A DNA stretch of 64,000 nucleotides from Camelus ferus (Eukaryota), in NCBI RefSeq assembly GCF_009834535.1, contig NC_045696.1, forward strand, positions 109,184,001-109,248,000. Reading direction: 5' to 3'. Within the stretch, counting starts at the first letter, position 1, and each line of letters starts with the position of its first letter. Positions 37,669-50,500 of the stretch are shown piece by piece. A program made the translations under genes and the position numbers. The notes under the pieces are model-generated. The model saw only the letters and a program-made list of their open reading frames with translations. It did no database searches and was not told the DNA's origin.

Positions 37669-38358
37669 CAGTGTGGAGATTCCTCAAAAAACTAAAAATA
37701 GACTTACCATATGATCCAGCAATCCCACTTCTTGGCATATATCTGGAGGGAACTCTAATGTAAAAAGATACATGCACCCCAATGTTCACAGCAGCACTAT
37801 ATACAATAGCCAAGACAGAGAAACAACATAAATGTCCATAGACAGATGACTGGATAAAGAAGTTGTGGTATATTTATACAATGGAATACTACTCAGCCAT
37901 AAAAAGAATAAAATAATGCCATTTGCAGCAACATGAATGGACCTAGAGATTGTCATTCTAAGTGAAGTAAGCTAGAAAGAGAAATAAAAACACCATGTTA
38001 TCACTCATGTGGAATCTAAAAAAAAAAAAGACACTATGAACTCATTTACAAAACAGAAAAAGATTCACAGACATAGAAAAACAATCTTATGGTTACTGGG
38101 GAAAGGGGATGAGAGGGGATAAATTTGGGAGTTTGAGATTTACAAATGTTAGCCACTATATATAAAAATAGATTTTAAAAAAGTTTCTTTTGTATAGCAC
38201 AGGGAACTATGTTCAGCATCTTGTAATAACCTTTAATGGAAAAAAATATGAAAACGAATATGTGTATATATATGCATGACTGGGATATTGTGCTGTACAC
38301 CAGAGATTGACACATTGTAATTGATTGTACTTCAATTAAAAAATAAAAATAAAAAAAA
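37669..38358 (+). mobile_element. Young lineage-specific L1 3' end, 5'-truncated, with a 14-bp TSD, inserted in an older L1 remnant
   Basis: ORF2-end text (gatccagcaatcccact...atggaatactactcagccataaaaa), A-rich tail, exact TSD ttatgggtaatttt at 37655-37668 and 38359-38372. Confidence 0.95.
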
Positions 38359-38720
38359 TTATGGGTAATTTTGCTTTTCATCTTTTGGCTTTGTTATCTT
38401 TTCTAAGCATATTTAAAGGGTCATAAAACTACTTTTCTGTGCAGAAAAAAGTGGACACGGACACACACACACACACACACACCACATCTTCATTTCAAAG
38501 AAAGCATGAGCATCATGGCCAGCACACCAGGAGCCAGCCCTGGAGGGCTGGGCGGAACATGCATATGTCTGAGCCCTGGGCAGCAGTGACCCAGCTGTAT
38601 GGTGACTGCAGCCAGCGCAGGGCAAAGGTGCCCAAAGGATGGCTTCTCTGCTCCTCCGCTTCTCAGCTTCTCCATGCAACCAGCCAGCATTCCCTGAGCA
38701 AAACTGTCAAACTAACGCCT

Positions 38721-39185
38721 TCACCTCCTGGGACTGCCATAACGAATCACTACAAACCAGGGTAGCTTAAAACAACAGAAATTTACTCTTTCACAATTCT
38801 GGAGGCTGAAAGTCTGAAATCAAGGTGTCAGCAGGGCCATGATCCCTCCAAAGGCACTAGAAGAGAATCCTTCCTTTGTCTCTTCTTGGTTTCTGGTGGC
38901 TCCCAGCCATCCTTAGCACTCCTTAGTTTATGGCCGCATCATTCCCTCCTCTGTTTCCATAGTAACGCAGCTTTCCTCCCTGTGTGCTCTCTATGTCTCT
39001 ATATCCAAATTGCTCTCCTTTCTCTTGTCAAGACATCAGCCATTGGATTATTGGATTTGGGGCTCAGTCTAATATGGTATGACCTCATCTTAGTTTGGTC
39101 ACATTCACAGGTACTAGGGGTTAGGATTTGAACATGTTTGGTGGGGGCATGGGGTGGGGGCGGGACACAGTTCAACCCACTACAG
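38721..39185. mobile_element. MaLR LTR (MLT1A/B-like)
   Basis: gcttaaaacaacagaaattt...ctggaggctgaaagtctgaaatcaaggtgtcagcagggcc...ggggttaggatttgaacat...acacagttcaaccca. Confidence 0.85.
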
Positions 39186-39204
39186 CCAGGAACTTCTCCA
39201 TACC

Positions 39205-39715
39205 CATCATCTATTACTGTATAACACATCACTTCAAAATTTAGCTGCTTAAAACAACAGCCATTTTACTTGCTCACAATTCTGTGAGTTAGCAGTTTGG
39301 GCTGGGCTCAGCTGGGAGATTCTTCTGTTAGTCTCACCTGGATTGTTAGCATGGCGACAGTGTTCTAGTAGCTTTGCTGGGGCTGCAGGGTCCAAGATGG
39401 ATGGCCTTATTCATCCGTCAGACTCTTGGTGCCAGCAGTCTAATGAGTCTCCTTTGAAGTGGCACTGGTCTACTCCATGTGTCTCTCATGCTCCACACAC
39501 AGCCCAGCACATTCTAACAGTACAAGAGCAAAAGCTGACGAGCCTCTTGAAACTAGGCTACTGCATTCTAGTGGTCAAAGCAAGTCATAGACAAGCTCAA
39601 ATTCAAGGGGTAGGGAAACTGACTCCTACTCTTAATGGACAAAGAGTCACATTGCAATGGGGCATGCACGAGGGGATGAGAGGAGTTGTTGAAACTATCT
39701 TTGCAAACAATCTAA
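39205..39715. mobile_element. Older MLT1-family LTR
   Basis: tctattactgtataaca...gcttaaaacaac...gctcacaattctgtg...gggctgggctcagctggg...gtcaaagcaagtca...attcaagggg. Confidence 0.75.
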
Positions 39716-42700
39716 CATAGTCTCCAAGTTCTGGGAGGATAAGATGAACGGAGGCAGGCCTTGCCCCTAAGAAGCAAGTGAAGCCGCTGATCACGATGCA
39801 CTAGAGAATGAGCCATGCATTAGAATAAAGGCATGGGAGGAAGCAGTGCTTTCTTTGGTGTCTGTGGGGGGAGATAGTATGAGGCAAAAACTCGGCTGCC
39901 ATCTGATTCTAAGATCAAAGGCCCTCTCACCTTTGTCTGGTTCTGTAATGACCCCCATGTCCTGTGCCCTTATGACTTTATGACTCCAGCACAAGCTCAG
40001 ATAATCATCGCTGGGAATCATAATCTAACCAGAAAGCAAGGATGGCATGATCTCAGATTCCCAAAGAAGCAGCTATATCCTCATGCACAACACTGACTAT
40101 GGCAAGAGATTTTCAAACCAGGGAGCTGGTGTGGAAATGGGCTCGGAGTTAACCCGTGGCAGAGTCCCCGCTTCCTTCTCTCACAGGCAAACACTTGCTC
40201 TTTTCTCCAGTGACTGCCCAGGAGAGATCTGGCTACCCACATTTCTGTGGGGAAAAAGCCTCTGAGGGCACACATCTCACGTGCTATATAGAGGCGGAAC
40301 CGTGACTGCATTTATTCATTGGGTAAAGTATGGGGTCATAGGGCTTTTGTAAGAACCAGTGAGAATGATTTGCAAACTGGACCGTAGTCTGTAAAGATGT
40401 GTGTTGCTCTTAGCTCATTCCTTTATCCATTCATTCACTTATGCAACATTTAATTTTGTCTTGTCTGTCCAGGGTAGAACCCTCCTTCCAGGACCTTCTC
40501 TTCATCCTTCTCCAACCGTGGGCTTTGAAAAGGAGCTGCAGTCTTCTTAGATACCCTCTCCATAGGGTCGGCCCAAGGATGGGTGACTGGTTCAAGGTAG
40601 GCCAATCAGCAGTCTTCCCTGGGGTTTTTAATGGGAGAGTGTAGAGGTGGCCTAGTGCCCCCATAGATCTGGAGCCGGAAAACTCTGGATCCATTGGTTG
40701 TCATGTCCCCCATCACAGGGAGGAGGTCAAGGGGGAACAGGAGATGCAGGTGAATCCTGGAGCTGCATCCATTGGTTCCAGCTCTCTCTGAGGCCCACCC
40801 ACACCCTCCTCTTCCTGCAGTTATGAGATTTTTTTTCCAGAGAAACTTCCTTTTGGCTAAACTTGTAACCAAAGGAATCTTGACTATGACAATTGATTCA
40901 TTCAGTGTTTCTTGAGCAATTCCACCTGCCAAACCCTAGGGATACAACAGAAGACCCAGACCCTTTCCTCTGGAAGGTCATAGTCTAATGGGGGTGGTGG
41001 AGGAAACACCAGGCAGTGTGATGGCGGCTGCCTCAGTCATGGAACAGAGCAGACATGCTCCACTTTGCTTGGAGAGGTGCCCACCCTTGGCCTTAGGCCT
41101 GTGGCTGAGTCTCCCTGGTGATGGAGGAGGGTGGGGGAAGATGGTGGACATTTTAGATAGTCTTAACAGCTTGTGTAGAGACACAGAATGTGGGTCAACA
41201 CAGCCTGGTTGGGGAACAGAGGCATTTTGAGGGTCTGGGGCTCAGGTTTTGAAGGAGACAGAATCAGATCAGAAAGACCCTGTGGACCAGGCTTGAGAGT
41301 ATGACAGAGTGGGAAGATGCTGGGGAGCTGGACGCATTCAGGGTCATCCTTAGCTGGTGTGAGATGCACAGGTGAGGCCCAGGAGCTGGCAAGACCATGT
41401 GTGGGGTGTTATGGTGGTGACCCAGTTCCACTTACAGCCTTCAGCCTGAACCTTGGGATACGCACTTGGAGGTGGTCAGTAGGAAGGGTGGGGCTCAACC
41501 GTGCAGACAGGCTCAGCCTCCTCCAGTGTTCTTGTGCCTGGCCTTGTTCCCAAGGCGATGGGAGCCAGGCCCTTGGTACACCCAGCTGCCGGCAGCACTG
41601 ACCAGCAGTGATACCATGTGGACTGGCCTTGCTGTAGGTACCACGCCCTCTGCTCCCATGAAAGCCTGGAGCAGGCTGCCCTGGCAACAAATGCATCTGC
41701 TCACCACTTCAACAACAATGGTGAGTGAGCCCTTTGGCTCAGATGGGAGGGAGGCAGAGAACTTGGAGGGGAACTTCATGGAGGCCCCTCAGCTGCATAG
41801 GACCAGAGGGGTGGTCTCCTCCTAGAGATCAGAGCCTTTCCTTCCCCATGTAATCCCTAAGTTCAGTGCTGCACACCAAGCTAAAAGGCCCTCACACCAA
41901 GGGCAACCAAGAGCTCAGCCCCTGTGGAGTCCATGATGGGGTTAAAAGAGCAGATGTTCGGCTTCAGGCAAAGGGACTGTCTGCATGCATGCCCCCAAAG
42001 CTGTGCTCAGAGATCAGTGAACATCACAAGAGGCCACTGGGAGGAGAGGGTCTGAGCAGATGAAGGGCAGGGGTCAAATGGCCAGAGTCACAAAAGGCTC
42101 AAATACATCTTCCTGGACCCTCTGCCGGTCAGCAACCCGTCTGCCCACCCAGCTCCCGAGCACCTTGGTCAGCACCCGGAGTAACGGGTCTATCTGATTT
42201 GTAAACTGTTTGCCCAGCAGGCTGTGAGAGCCTGGAGGACAGGATCTGTTGGCCACACTGCGAGCCCTGGCTCCAGCCTTGGCCTGCCGTGGGGCGGAGA
42301 CTGGAAGGGGGAGATGTTGGTGCATAAACCGTCACTTGAGCAGCTCCCATGAGGACCTTAGGGAGGCTAGCAGCAGGTGTCAAGGCCAGAACGGCCCCAG
42401 AGACAGGAGGGCAATGTCTCAGACCAGACTGGAAGGGCACGCAGCAAGCCCAGGCCAGGGAGGGGAGAGGAACAAAGGGACCCAGGCTGCCCCATTGGCA
42501 ACATGCTACCAGAGAAGGCCGAGAGCCAGGAAGACAGAGATGCAGGGAGGTGATGGTAATGGCCCTGTGGGGAGGGTGTGGGCACGGCGTGGGGAAGGAA
42601 TCTACAAGTAAGGAGGCTCAGGGGCAGAGTATCCATGGGCCTGGGCCCCCATAGAGGAGTCCTAATGTGAGCAACATAAAAGGTGTCAGATCTTGCCTGG

Positions 42701-44850
42701 ACATCATAAGCAAGGCCCCACAGCTAGGCTCAGGGAGCCCCCCAGGAGCAGGAGTGGCCAGGGCTTCCTTAGGAAGTTTGGGAAACAGCTCCAGGTAAGA
42801 CCAGGTGGACCCTGCACGCAGGCAGGCGAACATGCTGCAGGAGCCTGCAGGCTGTGAAGGGACCCTAGGGAGACGCTCTGGGGGATCCTCAGCAACTTAG
42901 TCACGTGTGACACCGGGGTGCACTCAGCGATGCACTGAGCTGCAGGGGGCGGGTGGGAGCTGTGGGGCTGCAGGGAGGAGGAACAGGATGGGGGTCAGAG
43001 CCATGCCCCCCCTGGACCAGCAAGTGCGGAATGAGCAGGACTGAGTTGGGTGCTGGGGTGGCCTTTGAATACCCAGCACTTGGGGCAGAGAAGAAACAGA
43101 GGTAATTCACCAGTGGAGAAGAGCAAGGGGCGAGGCAGGAATGGGAGTCAAGACCACATCCCAGGAGGCAAGGGTTGAACGCTGTCCTGATTGCCTAGAG
43201 GGACCAGGGAAGGTGTGGAGGCAGGAGTGGCAAGGTCAGTTTGCATTTTAGGAGGAGCTGGAGACTCACCCCGTGGGCCCCGCCGTCCCCACCCCAAGGC
43301 CCACAGTGCTCTGCTCCCTGGTATTTCTCTGGCAGCTCTGGCCTTAAGCTTCTAACAGTGACCTACGGGAGGGCTAAGGGAGGCAGCCAGGGGCCCCGGC
43401 AGGGAAGCTGCCCCTGGGAGAGTCCCTGCTGGGCAGTGGCCACAGGAGGGATCAGGCCCAGACTTGCCCAGACCAGAATCCCTGGACCTGGGAGGAAGCG
43501 TGACCATCAGGTCTCACCTACTGTGGAGCCCCCGCTAAGCAGCCCATTGGCTCCTCGAGGGCTGCGAGCCTTTCCATCCCACCGGCCCTCCCTGCCCCGG
43601 CTTCCCGTTAGGCTGGACTGGCCAAGCTAGAAGACTCCAGGGCCCCACTTCAGGCCCTTCACTCACCTGAACCGTGTCAGGTCTGTTGCCTGCCTCCCCC
43701 CTCAGGCTCTAGGAGGGGCCCACCTGAGCCTGGGCTCCTCATCAGCCACCGGGGCTCGCTCATCCCACAGCCTATCAGGCAGTTTGGGCTGGGAGGGGCT
43801 GCCGGGCACTATCTTCCCCAGCATCTGCCAGGGATGCTCAGGTCCCCAGGACTCAGCTCAGGTGGGGGCCATACCCTGCCCCTCTGCGCAGCCCCAGCTG
43901 GCAGAAACCAAGAAGATGCTCAGAGCAGGGCTTGGAGCTCCCCCGCCCCTCCCCTATGCACTGGCACCTCCTGCCCAACACTCACTTGCCTCCTGGGACA
44001 AGTGGCCAGAAGCCCTGTGGCACTTCCTCTGTGCTCCTGGGAGGGGGTTTTCACCTTGTGGGGCCAACGTGGGGACAAGTGATTCATCCATTTCAGCAGC
44101 AGAAAACGGGCACGATCTACAGCTCCCCACAGGAGGAGGGAAGAGGATGCCAGAACAGATCCAGGGTGGGTGAGAGGGAATCACAGTTTCAAGCATCATT
44201 TTCAGCAACTCCTCTAGTACTACGCTGGCTACGGATGGTGCCACGGCCGTGCCTTGGAGGAGCTCCAGCTGGCTGGAGGCAGGTGATTAAAAAACTCACA
44301 ATATGTGGAACGTTTGTGAAGAAGGAAGCAGAGTATCTGCAGGAACTCTGAGCAGAGGCCTATGACCTGGGAGAAGCCAGAAAAATCTCATGGAACAATA
44401 GCATCTGAGCTGAGGCCTACAGGTCGAACTGGCCAGTTAAAGAAGGGGCTTGTGAATGGAAGGCTGGTGGCTGGGGTGAAGGCAAGGAGAGCAGCGTTTG
44501 GGTGGGAGTGGAGGTGGAGGGGGACCCAGTAGTCATTCTGCATGGCTAGAAAGTAGAGGGCCTGGAGAGAGGGTGACCAGGACAGCATGGACCCCAGGAG
44601 ATGCCTGTTACCTGGTAGGGGGTTCTTTGGTCAGATGGTCACAGAGTGGGTCAGAAGTGGGGGATATGATCTTGCCAGGGTCCTGGATGAGCTTCCCAGG
44701 ACTCACCTTTGCTTCTGTGCCATGTGCCCAGATCATAACCTCAAGGCTAAACCACAGGAGCATCCTACAATATGTCCTCCTGGGACCGCCAGCCAACCGT
44801 ATTCACCCTCATTGACCACAGAAGAAACTTATTCTGCAGGTAGGCAGAGT

Positions 44851-44894
44851 GTCAGAACGAAGGCACGGAAGGGTCAGAATGAAGGCACGGAAGA
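44851..44894. repeat. 22-bp tandem duplication
   Basis: gtcagaacgaaggcacggaagg followed by gtcagaatgaaggcacggaaga. Confidence 0.9.
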
Positions 44895-45084
44895 GGTCCA
44901 GGGGTCATGATTTGTGTCACACACGTATAGATTCCCTGGTTATGTAACCTTGGGAAGTCAAACAGGCAGTTTCCTGCAGGACTTTTCAGAGCCTTTAATG
45001 GGCTCGGGTGATAGAGGATGTATAGAGGATGTACAGCATGGAGAGATGCCTGAATGCATTTGGCCATGGAATCCTTTTGTTTCT

Positions 45085-45253
45085 TTTCTTTTCTGTTGCT
45101 GTTGTTGCTTTGGGGGGGTAGAGGGAGCTGGGAGTGAGAAAGGTAATAGGTTTATTTACTTATATTTATTTTTTAACAGAGGTACTGGGGATTGAACCCA
45201 GGACCTCATGCATGCTAAGCCCTCACTCTACAACTGAGCTATACCCTCCCTCA
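45085..45253 (-). mobile_element. tRNA-derived camelid-type SINE with a perfect 16-bp TSD
   Basis: Reverse complement of GGGAGGGTATAGCTCAG...CCTGGGTTCAATCCCCAGTACCTC; TSD gaatccttttgtttct at 45069-45084 and 45254-45269. Confidence 0.92.
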
Positions 45254-47239
45254 GAATCCTTTTGTTTCTGATGGAGTTCTTGTCTCCAAGGAACCACTCT
45301 GGGGCCTGCTGGTCTGGACAGTACAGTCAGAGACTGGACTTTGGAAGCCTCCCTGCCTTATGCTTTGTGTACGCACACTTTAGTGCTGTCCTTGAATTTG
45401 AGAGGATTGGTTCACTGAGGGGACATGAGCTTCCGGAGAAGCTCCCTGAGCCCCAGCTTCATGAGGTACTAAGGCTTCTGACCTTCTCCACTCTGCACCC
45501 ATTGCCTGTCTGTGGTTAAAGTAGGGACACTCCCAGACAAAAGAGCCCCTCCAGGTCACCAGCGGCACCGGCAAGGGAAGCGCAAGGGAAGAAGTCACAG
45601 TTCCCGGCAGCACCGGGGCTCTGGGGGCCAAGGCGGGGAGAGCCTGGGAGAGGGGGTGTTGGAGGCTTTAAAGGCTAAACATGAGGGATTTGGACTTGGA
45701 TCCTGGGGTATCAAAACCACAGAAGGTGCTTGAGACAGGGATGACTTGATCAATCCACAAACCATTCCAGCCTGGACTCACTCCCAGCAGAAGGGATTCC
45801 CGGCATTCCTTCCTCCCCGTGAGCTCGCAGGACTTGCCTCCCACCCTCCCCACCACGTGACCTCAGTCACAGCCTGTGACCTCCAGTCTCACCCCCGATG
45901 GAATGGGCCAGCCCTGACCCAGCCATGCCACCCCTGGCCTTGGCCCCCTCCCTGCAGCCTCCTTGACCTGGTGTCTCTGGCTCCATTGCCCGCCTCGGGC
46001 CCTGAGGCGGCCTCACAGCCCTGCCTTAGCAGACAACTGTGTGCCGGGCTTTCCCAAGGTTGCCGCCCCCCCCCCCCCCCCCCCGCAGACCTCTCATCGG
46101 CACCACCTGTACCTGCCACGCCCCTGCTCATCAGGCACATCCCTCAGCACATTTAAAGGAGGGTCATGGCTCTGGGGCACCAGGCATTACCCAGGCATCA
46201 GGAAGATGCTGGTGGGTGGCCTCCTCCTTGGCCCAGCCCGCTCTGCATCCTCGCCTTCCTGGAGCCCGTCTCTGGCTCTCTGGGAAAGGGCCAATCAACC
46301 AGGCCAAAGACTGGCCCTTAGGGTCACCCTGACTAGGATGCTAGACACCTGTTACACTTATAATAGGCAGATGCTAAAAGCCGCCTGGGGAGAGTGGGTG
46401 GAGATAGAAGAAAGGGTCCTGAGAGGCTCAGACTGCGAGGACCCACTGCCCCCACCCCATCCCTGGGATGGTTAATGGTCCATAGGGCTGGGCTAAGGCT
46501 GCTGCCCCCTGTCCTCTGTGTCAGCGTGGGATGGGGCTGGCTACCTCCAGGGTTCTGACTGACTCATCCTTTCTTTGATGCATTAGTCCTTTGATGTGGT
46601 TCTCCGTCTGCCTTGAAGAGGTGGCTTTTCTGATCTCTGCTGGGGTCCTGGAGCCGGGGTCACTAGGGTCAGCATTTTTTACACAGATACGTGCACACAT
46701 ACACACAAACACACACGCACCATATTCAACACCCTGGAGCGCTTTCGTTGGAATTCTCTCTCCCGTGGCTTCCATGGAGGGTCAGAAGCCTGAGTACCTC
46801 CTGAACCTGCTGAAGGAGTCCCTGCTGGCATGTTAGGTATTTTTACAATTGTTTTAAATCCTATTATCTCATCCTTCTGAATAGGCTCTGCGACTGATCC
46901 TGGCTGAATACGTGACTGACCACCAGCCACCAGCCGGTCCCCTGCTGCCCTCACTCCCAGGGAGGTGACAGAGAACCCTGGGGCGGCAGAGAGACCGAGA
47001 CCTCTGGGTCTTCAACAGACTTTCCCCTCCTGAGGTCGGGGTTATGGGAAAAACACAACTATAAAAATAGAAAGGAACAGTCTTGACCACACGGGATAAT
47101 TGTAAAAAGCGAATGGTGTTTCAAAGAAAAACAGAACTAAAATGATAGCGCTGACAAGCTGGGAGCTCAGAGATAATTTTGATCTTTCTTTCTAGCCAGC
47201 AGTTACCACATTAGTGAATTTTATACTTCTCTGTGTTAT

Positions 47240-47520
47240 TATTTGCTTAATTCATTCAACAACTATTTACTGAGCATCCAATCTCTGCCAGGGACTTTCT
47301 GGATCAGGGACAAAGCAAAGATACTGCCCTCTGGGTGCTTAGATTCCTTGGGAGGAGAGGGAGAGACAGGAAACAGTAGCAGTGTTCATAATAAATTAGC
47401 AAAGGACAGAAACATCAGAAGGTGGTAAGTGCTGAGGAAAACAGAAGCGGGGTAAGTGATGACGGGGTGAGGGCAGGTGGCAGCCTTCAACAGAGTTAAC
47501 AGAAGGGACCTCAGGGATGG
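47240..47520 (-). mobile_element. L2 3' fragment
   Basis: ttcattcaacaactatttactgagcatc...tgccaggg...acaaagcaaag...tgccctc. Confidence 0.7.
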
Positions 47521-50500
47521 CAGTTTGGCATGGCATTCTCATTATGAGAATGGGACGGGGCACTCTGCGGAGGAGGGGAGCAGCTTGATGGGTCCTCACA
47601 CTTGTGGGAGCCCCGGGAGGTCTGCACCCCAACGCCTCCTGCAGGGAGTGGCACTTGCTGAGAGTTCAATAGATACTAAAAACCAATGGAATGAATAAAT
47701 GAATGAATCCAAGCTGTAGATTATGTCCCCACCTTCCCAAAGAGATAGAAACCTTAGCTACTTCTGAACAAAAATGTTTCCAATCTGGTCACTGTATCTG
47801 GACCTGAGATTCTTGTCCATATCACTTGGGGGGGGGGGTTCCAAATTCCTCAGCCCCAGACCCCTCCCCGAAGTCCTGATTCCTAGGTTGGGTGGGGTCC
47901 AGCACGAGTGTGTGAGTGCAAACCCACCCCCTGTATTGAAGTGAGAAGCTTCAATCTGGACATTCCCAGATACCACCAAATCCTCCGCATTTGGCAGCAC
48001 CTCCAGCCCCAGGGCACACGTTGAATGAATGAGTAAATGGATGTTGACTGAATTCACGAACATCTGAGTACACGAAGATGGAGTACGAATTGCCCTTCCT
48101 GATGTGTTTCTGCAGAGCTCTGAGTGGCGGGGCCCCTCCTCGAAGAGAGGATTGCTGAGGAATGAGACTGGATGAGACAGCCCAGTGCCCCCAGAGAGCA
48201 AGGGCACCCACTTGGGAGTTGGGGCTTGGAAAGAGGTGGCCGTTTTCACTTCCCTTTCCACGCAAGAGAGGCCGCCCACATTCCAGGGACGGGGACCGAT
48301 TTCTTCCTGTAGGAAATGCCAGGGCTGTGAGGACAGGACGGTCCCCGCCTCCCTGTTCCCTTCTTGCTTCTCCCCCTGGGCCAGCTGCCCCTCTGGGAGC
48401 ATGAGGCCCAGCTCAGGGCGTCTGGGTCTCACAGACTCCTGGCCTGGCCTCTTGCTTGCAGGTGTTGGCTGCCAGAGATTTTTGCATGTGAACAGCAGAG
48501 AGCCCCCCTTATGATCTTGACATACTTAGAATAAGTATGATCATTTTTTTTCTCTCTTCCCAGAATTCAAAAAAGGCCAGAAATTCCACAAGGCCTCTGA
48601 CTCAACTTCCATTTCTCCTTCCTCCTGTGCTTCCACCCCTAGCCCTGCGAGCTTGAAAGAGCCGCTCCGAGAGCCTGAGCTCCCCAGCCAGGCCGGAGGC
48701 TGTGGCCACACCTGGTGGCGGGAAGGAGTCCCCTGACCACTCTGAGAGGGCGGCTCTGCACTGCAGCAGAGCAGATAGCGGCGAGCGAGGGGCCCAGCAC
48801 AAAAGAGTCAGGCAGCTGGGCTGTGAAACCTGCTTCCTCCACTCGTCAGATTTGCAGCAAATGTATTCCATCTCTGAGCCTCGGTTTCCTCATGTCTAAG
48901 ATGGGTGTCTCAATAGTTTCTTTCTCTTAAGGAGGCTGTGAGGATTAAATGAGACAATACACAGAGAACACTTCACAGACAGTAGCTATAACTATCACAT
49001 TTTTTTTTAGCATTGAGCACCTGTCATATATCCACTACTGTACAAAGTTCTAAGACCCTGAACTAAAAATCCTAAGCGTACAGAGATCACCTCACCAAGG
49101 AAACAGTCGAGGAAACAGAAAATTTGGGCTCCATGTAATATAATGGTTCATGACAGAGGGGAAGGTGGGATTAACCCTTTGCAAAGAGATCAAGACAGTT
49201 TCACAGAGGTAAGAGACCCTTGAAAAGGTTTTGAAGGTTGAATAGGAGTTCTTAAGATAGAGGAAAGAGAAAGGACATCCCAGGAAGAGGTGTTAGCACA
49301 TCTCAAGACTCATCCCAAGCAAGTTGGGTTTGGAACTCCAGGGTGTAGGGACATAAAGTGGGAAGAGGATAAGGGTGACAATGAAACTCTCAAGACGGGC
49401 GGAGTCCCATCTTAGAAGGCCTTGGAGGCTTTGCCAAGGAGAAGCCCAGACTTCTCCCTAAGGGCACTGTTTTAGAGTGAAGGTTTCCTTTTAGGAAGAT
49501 CTCTGGCTACAGGGGGAGGTGGTCAGGGGCAGACATTAGAAGAGACAAAGCTGGGTCAGAGTTAGGAGATGGAGGCAAGAGGGCAGAGAAGTGGCCCCCA
49601 AGTGTAAGGCACTCCCCCTGCTCCTTCCTGGTGTTCAGCATACCCATTACAACCTCAAATATGATTTATGCACTAGTTCCCTTTCTGTTGGATCAGTTTT
49701 TTGTCACTTCTGTTACACCATTACAGCTACTGCTTCCTATTTTCTGAACATATATGGAATTCCCACCCTCTTCAAATGAACGTGTATGTCCACTTGCCAC
49801 TGGAAATCACTCTGCTTTCCAGGGGCACCTGCTTTGGGAAGGACCGATCCAGCTCTGAGCCCAGCAGCAGGGAAGGGAGAAGGGTCTGCTCAGTGTGTGG
49901 TCAGCCGGGCCACATCCCCTTGGTGGCTTTGTTTGGGGGTGGAAGGTGGACATCATGGTTGCAGGTCTGAAAGTGAAGGCCAGACAAGCTTCCTCCTGCC
50001 CACTGCAGCCTGGACTACACTGTCTTTAGCGCCTCCTGTCCAGGCATATGCGTCCAGCTCTGCTTGGAGCACAAATAGGCAAACATGCTTCCCCGGGAAG
50101 CGAGAGAGAGTTAGGCAGACCCAAGGGTGACTCAGCGGTGGAATCCTTTGTAAGTAACCGCATGGTGCTGTTTTAGTGGAAAATATGCAGGGGGAGGGAG
50201 AGAGAGGAGGAAGAAAGAAGGCGAGAAGGGAGGAAACGCATCATCTGATTTGTCTTCACAGGAATCTTGTAAGGCAGGAATTCTTGTGCCCATTTTACAG
50301 ATGAGGAACCAACCTCAGAGACATTATACTACCTACCAAGGTCATGTCTAATGAGAGCTATAACTAAGTCCGGATCTGTCTGACTTTAAAGCCACTGTTT
50401 TCTTTTAAAAGAATAAGGTCCATAATCACACCACTGTTACCTTAGCAACTGTTTTTTTTTAATCCCTTTCTAGTCTCTTCTTGCTGGTGTGCAAAAAATA

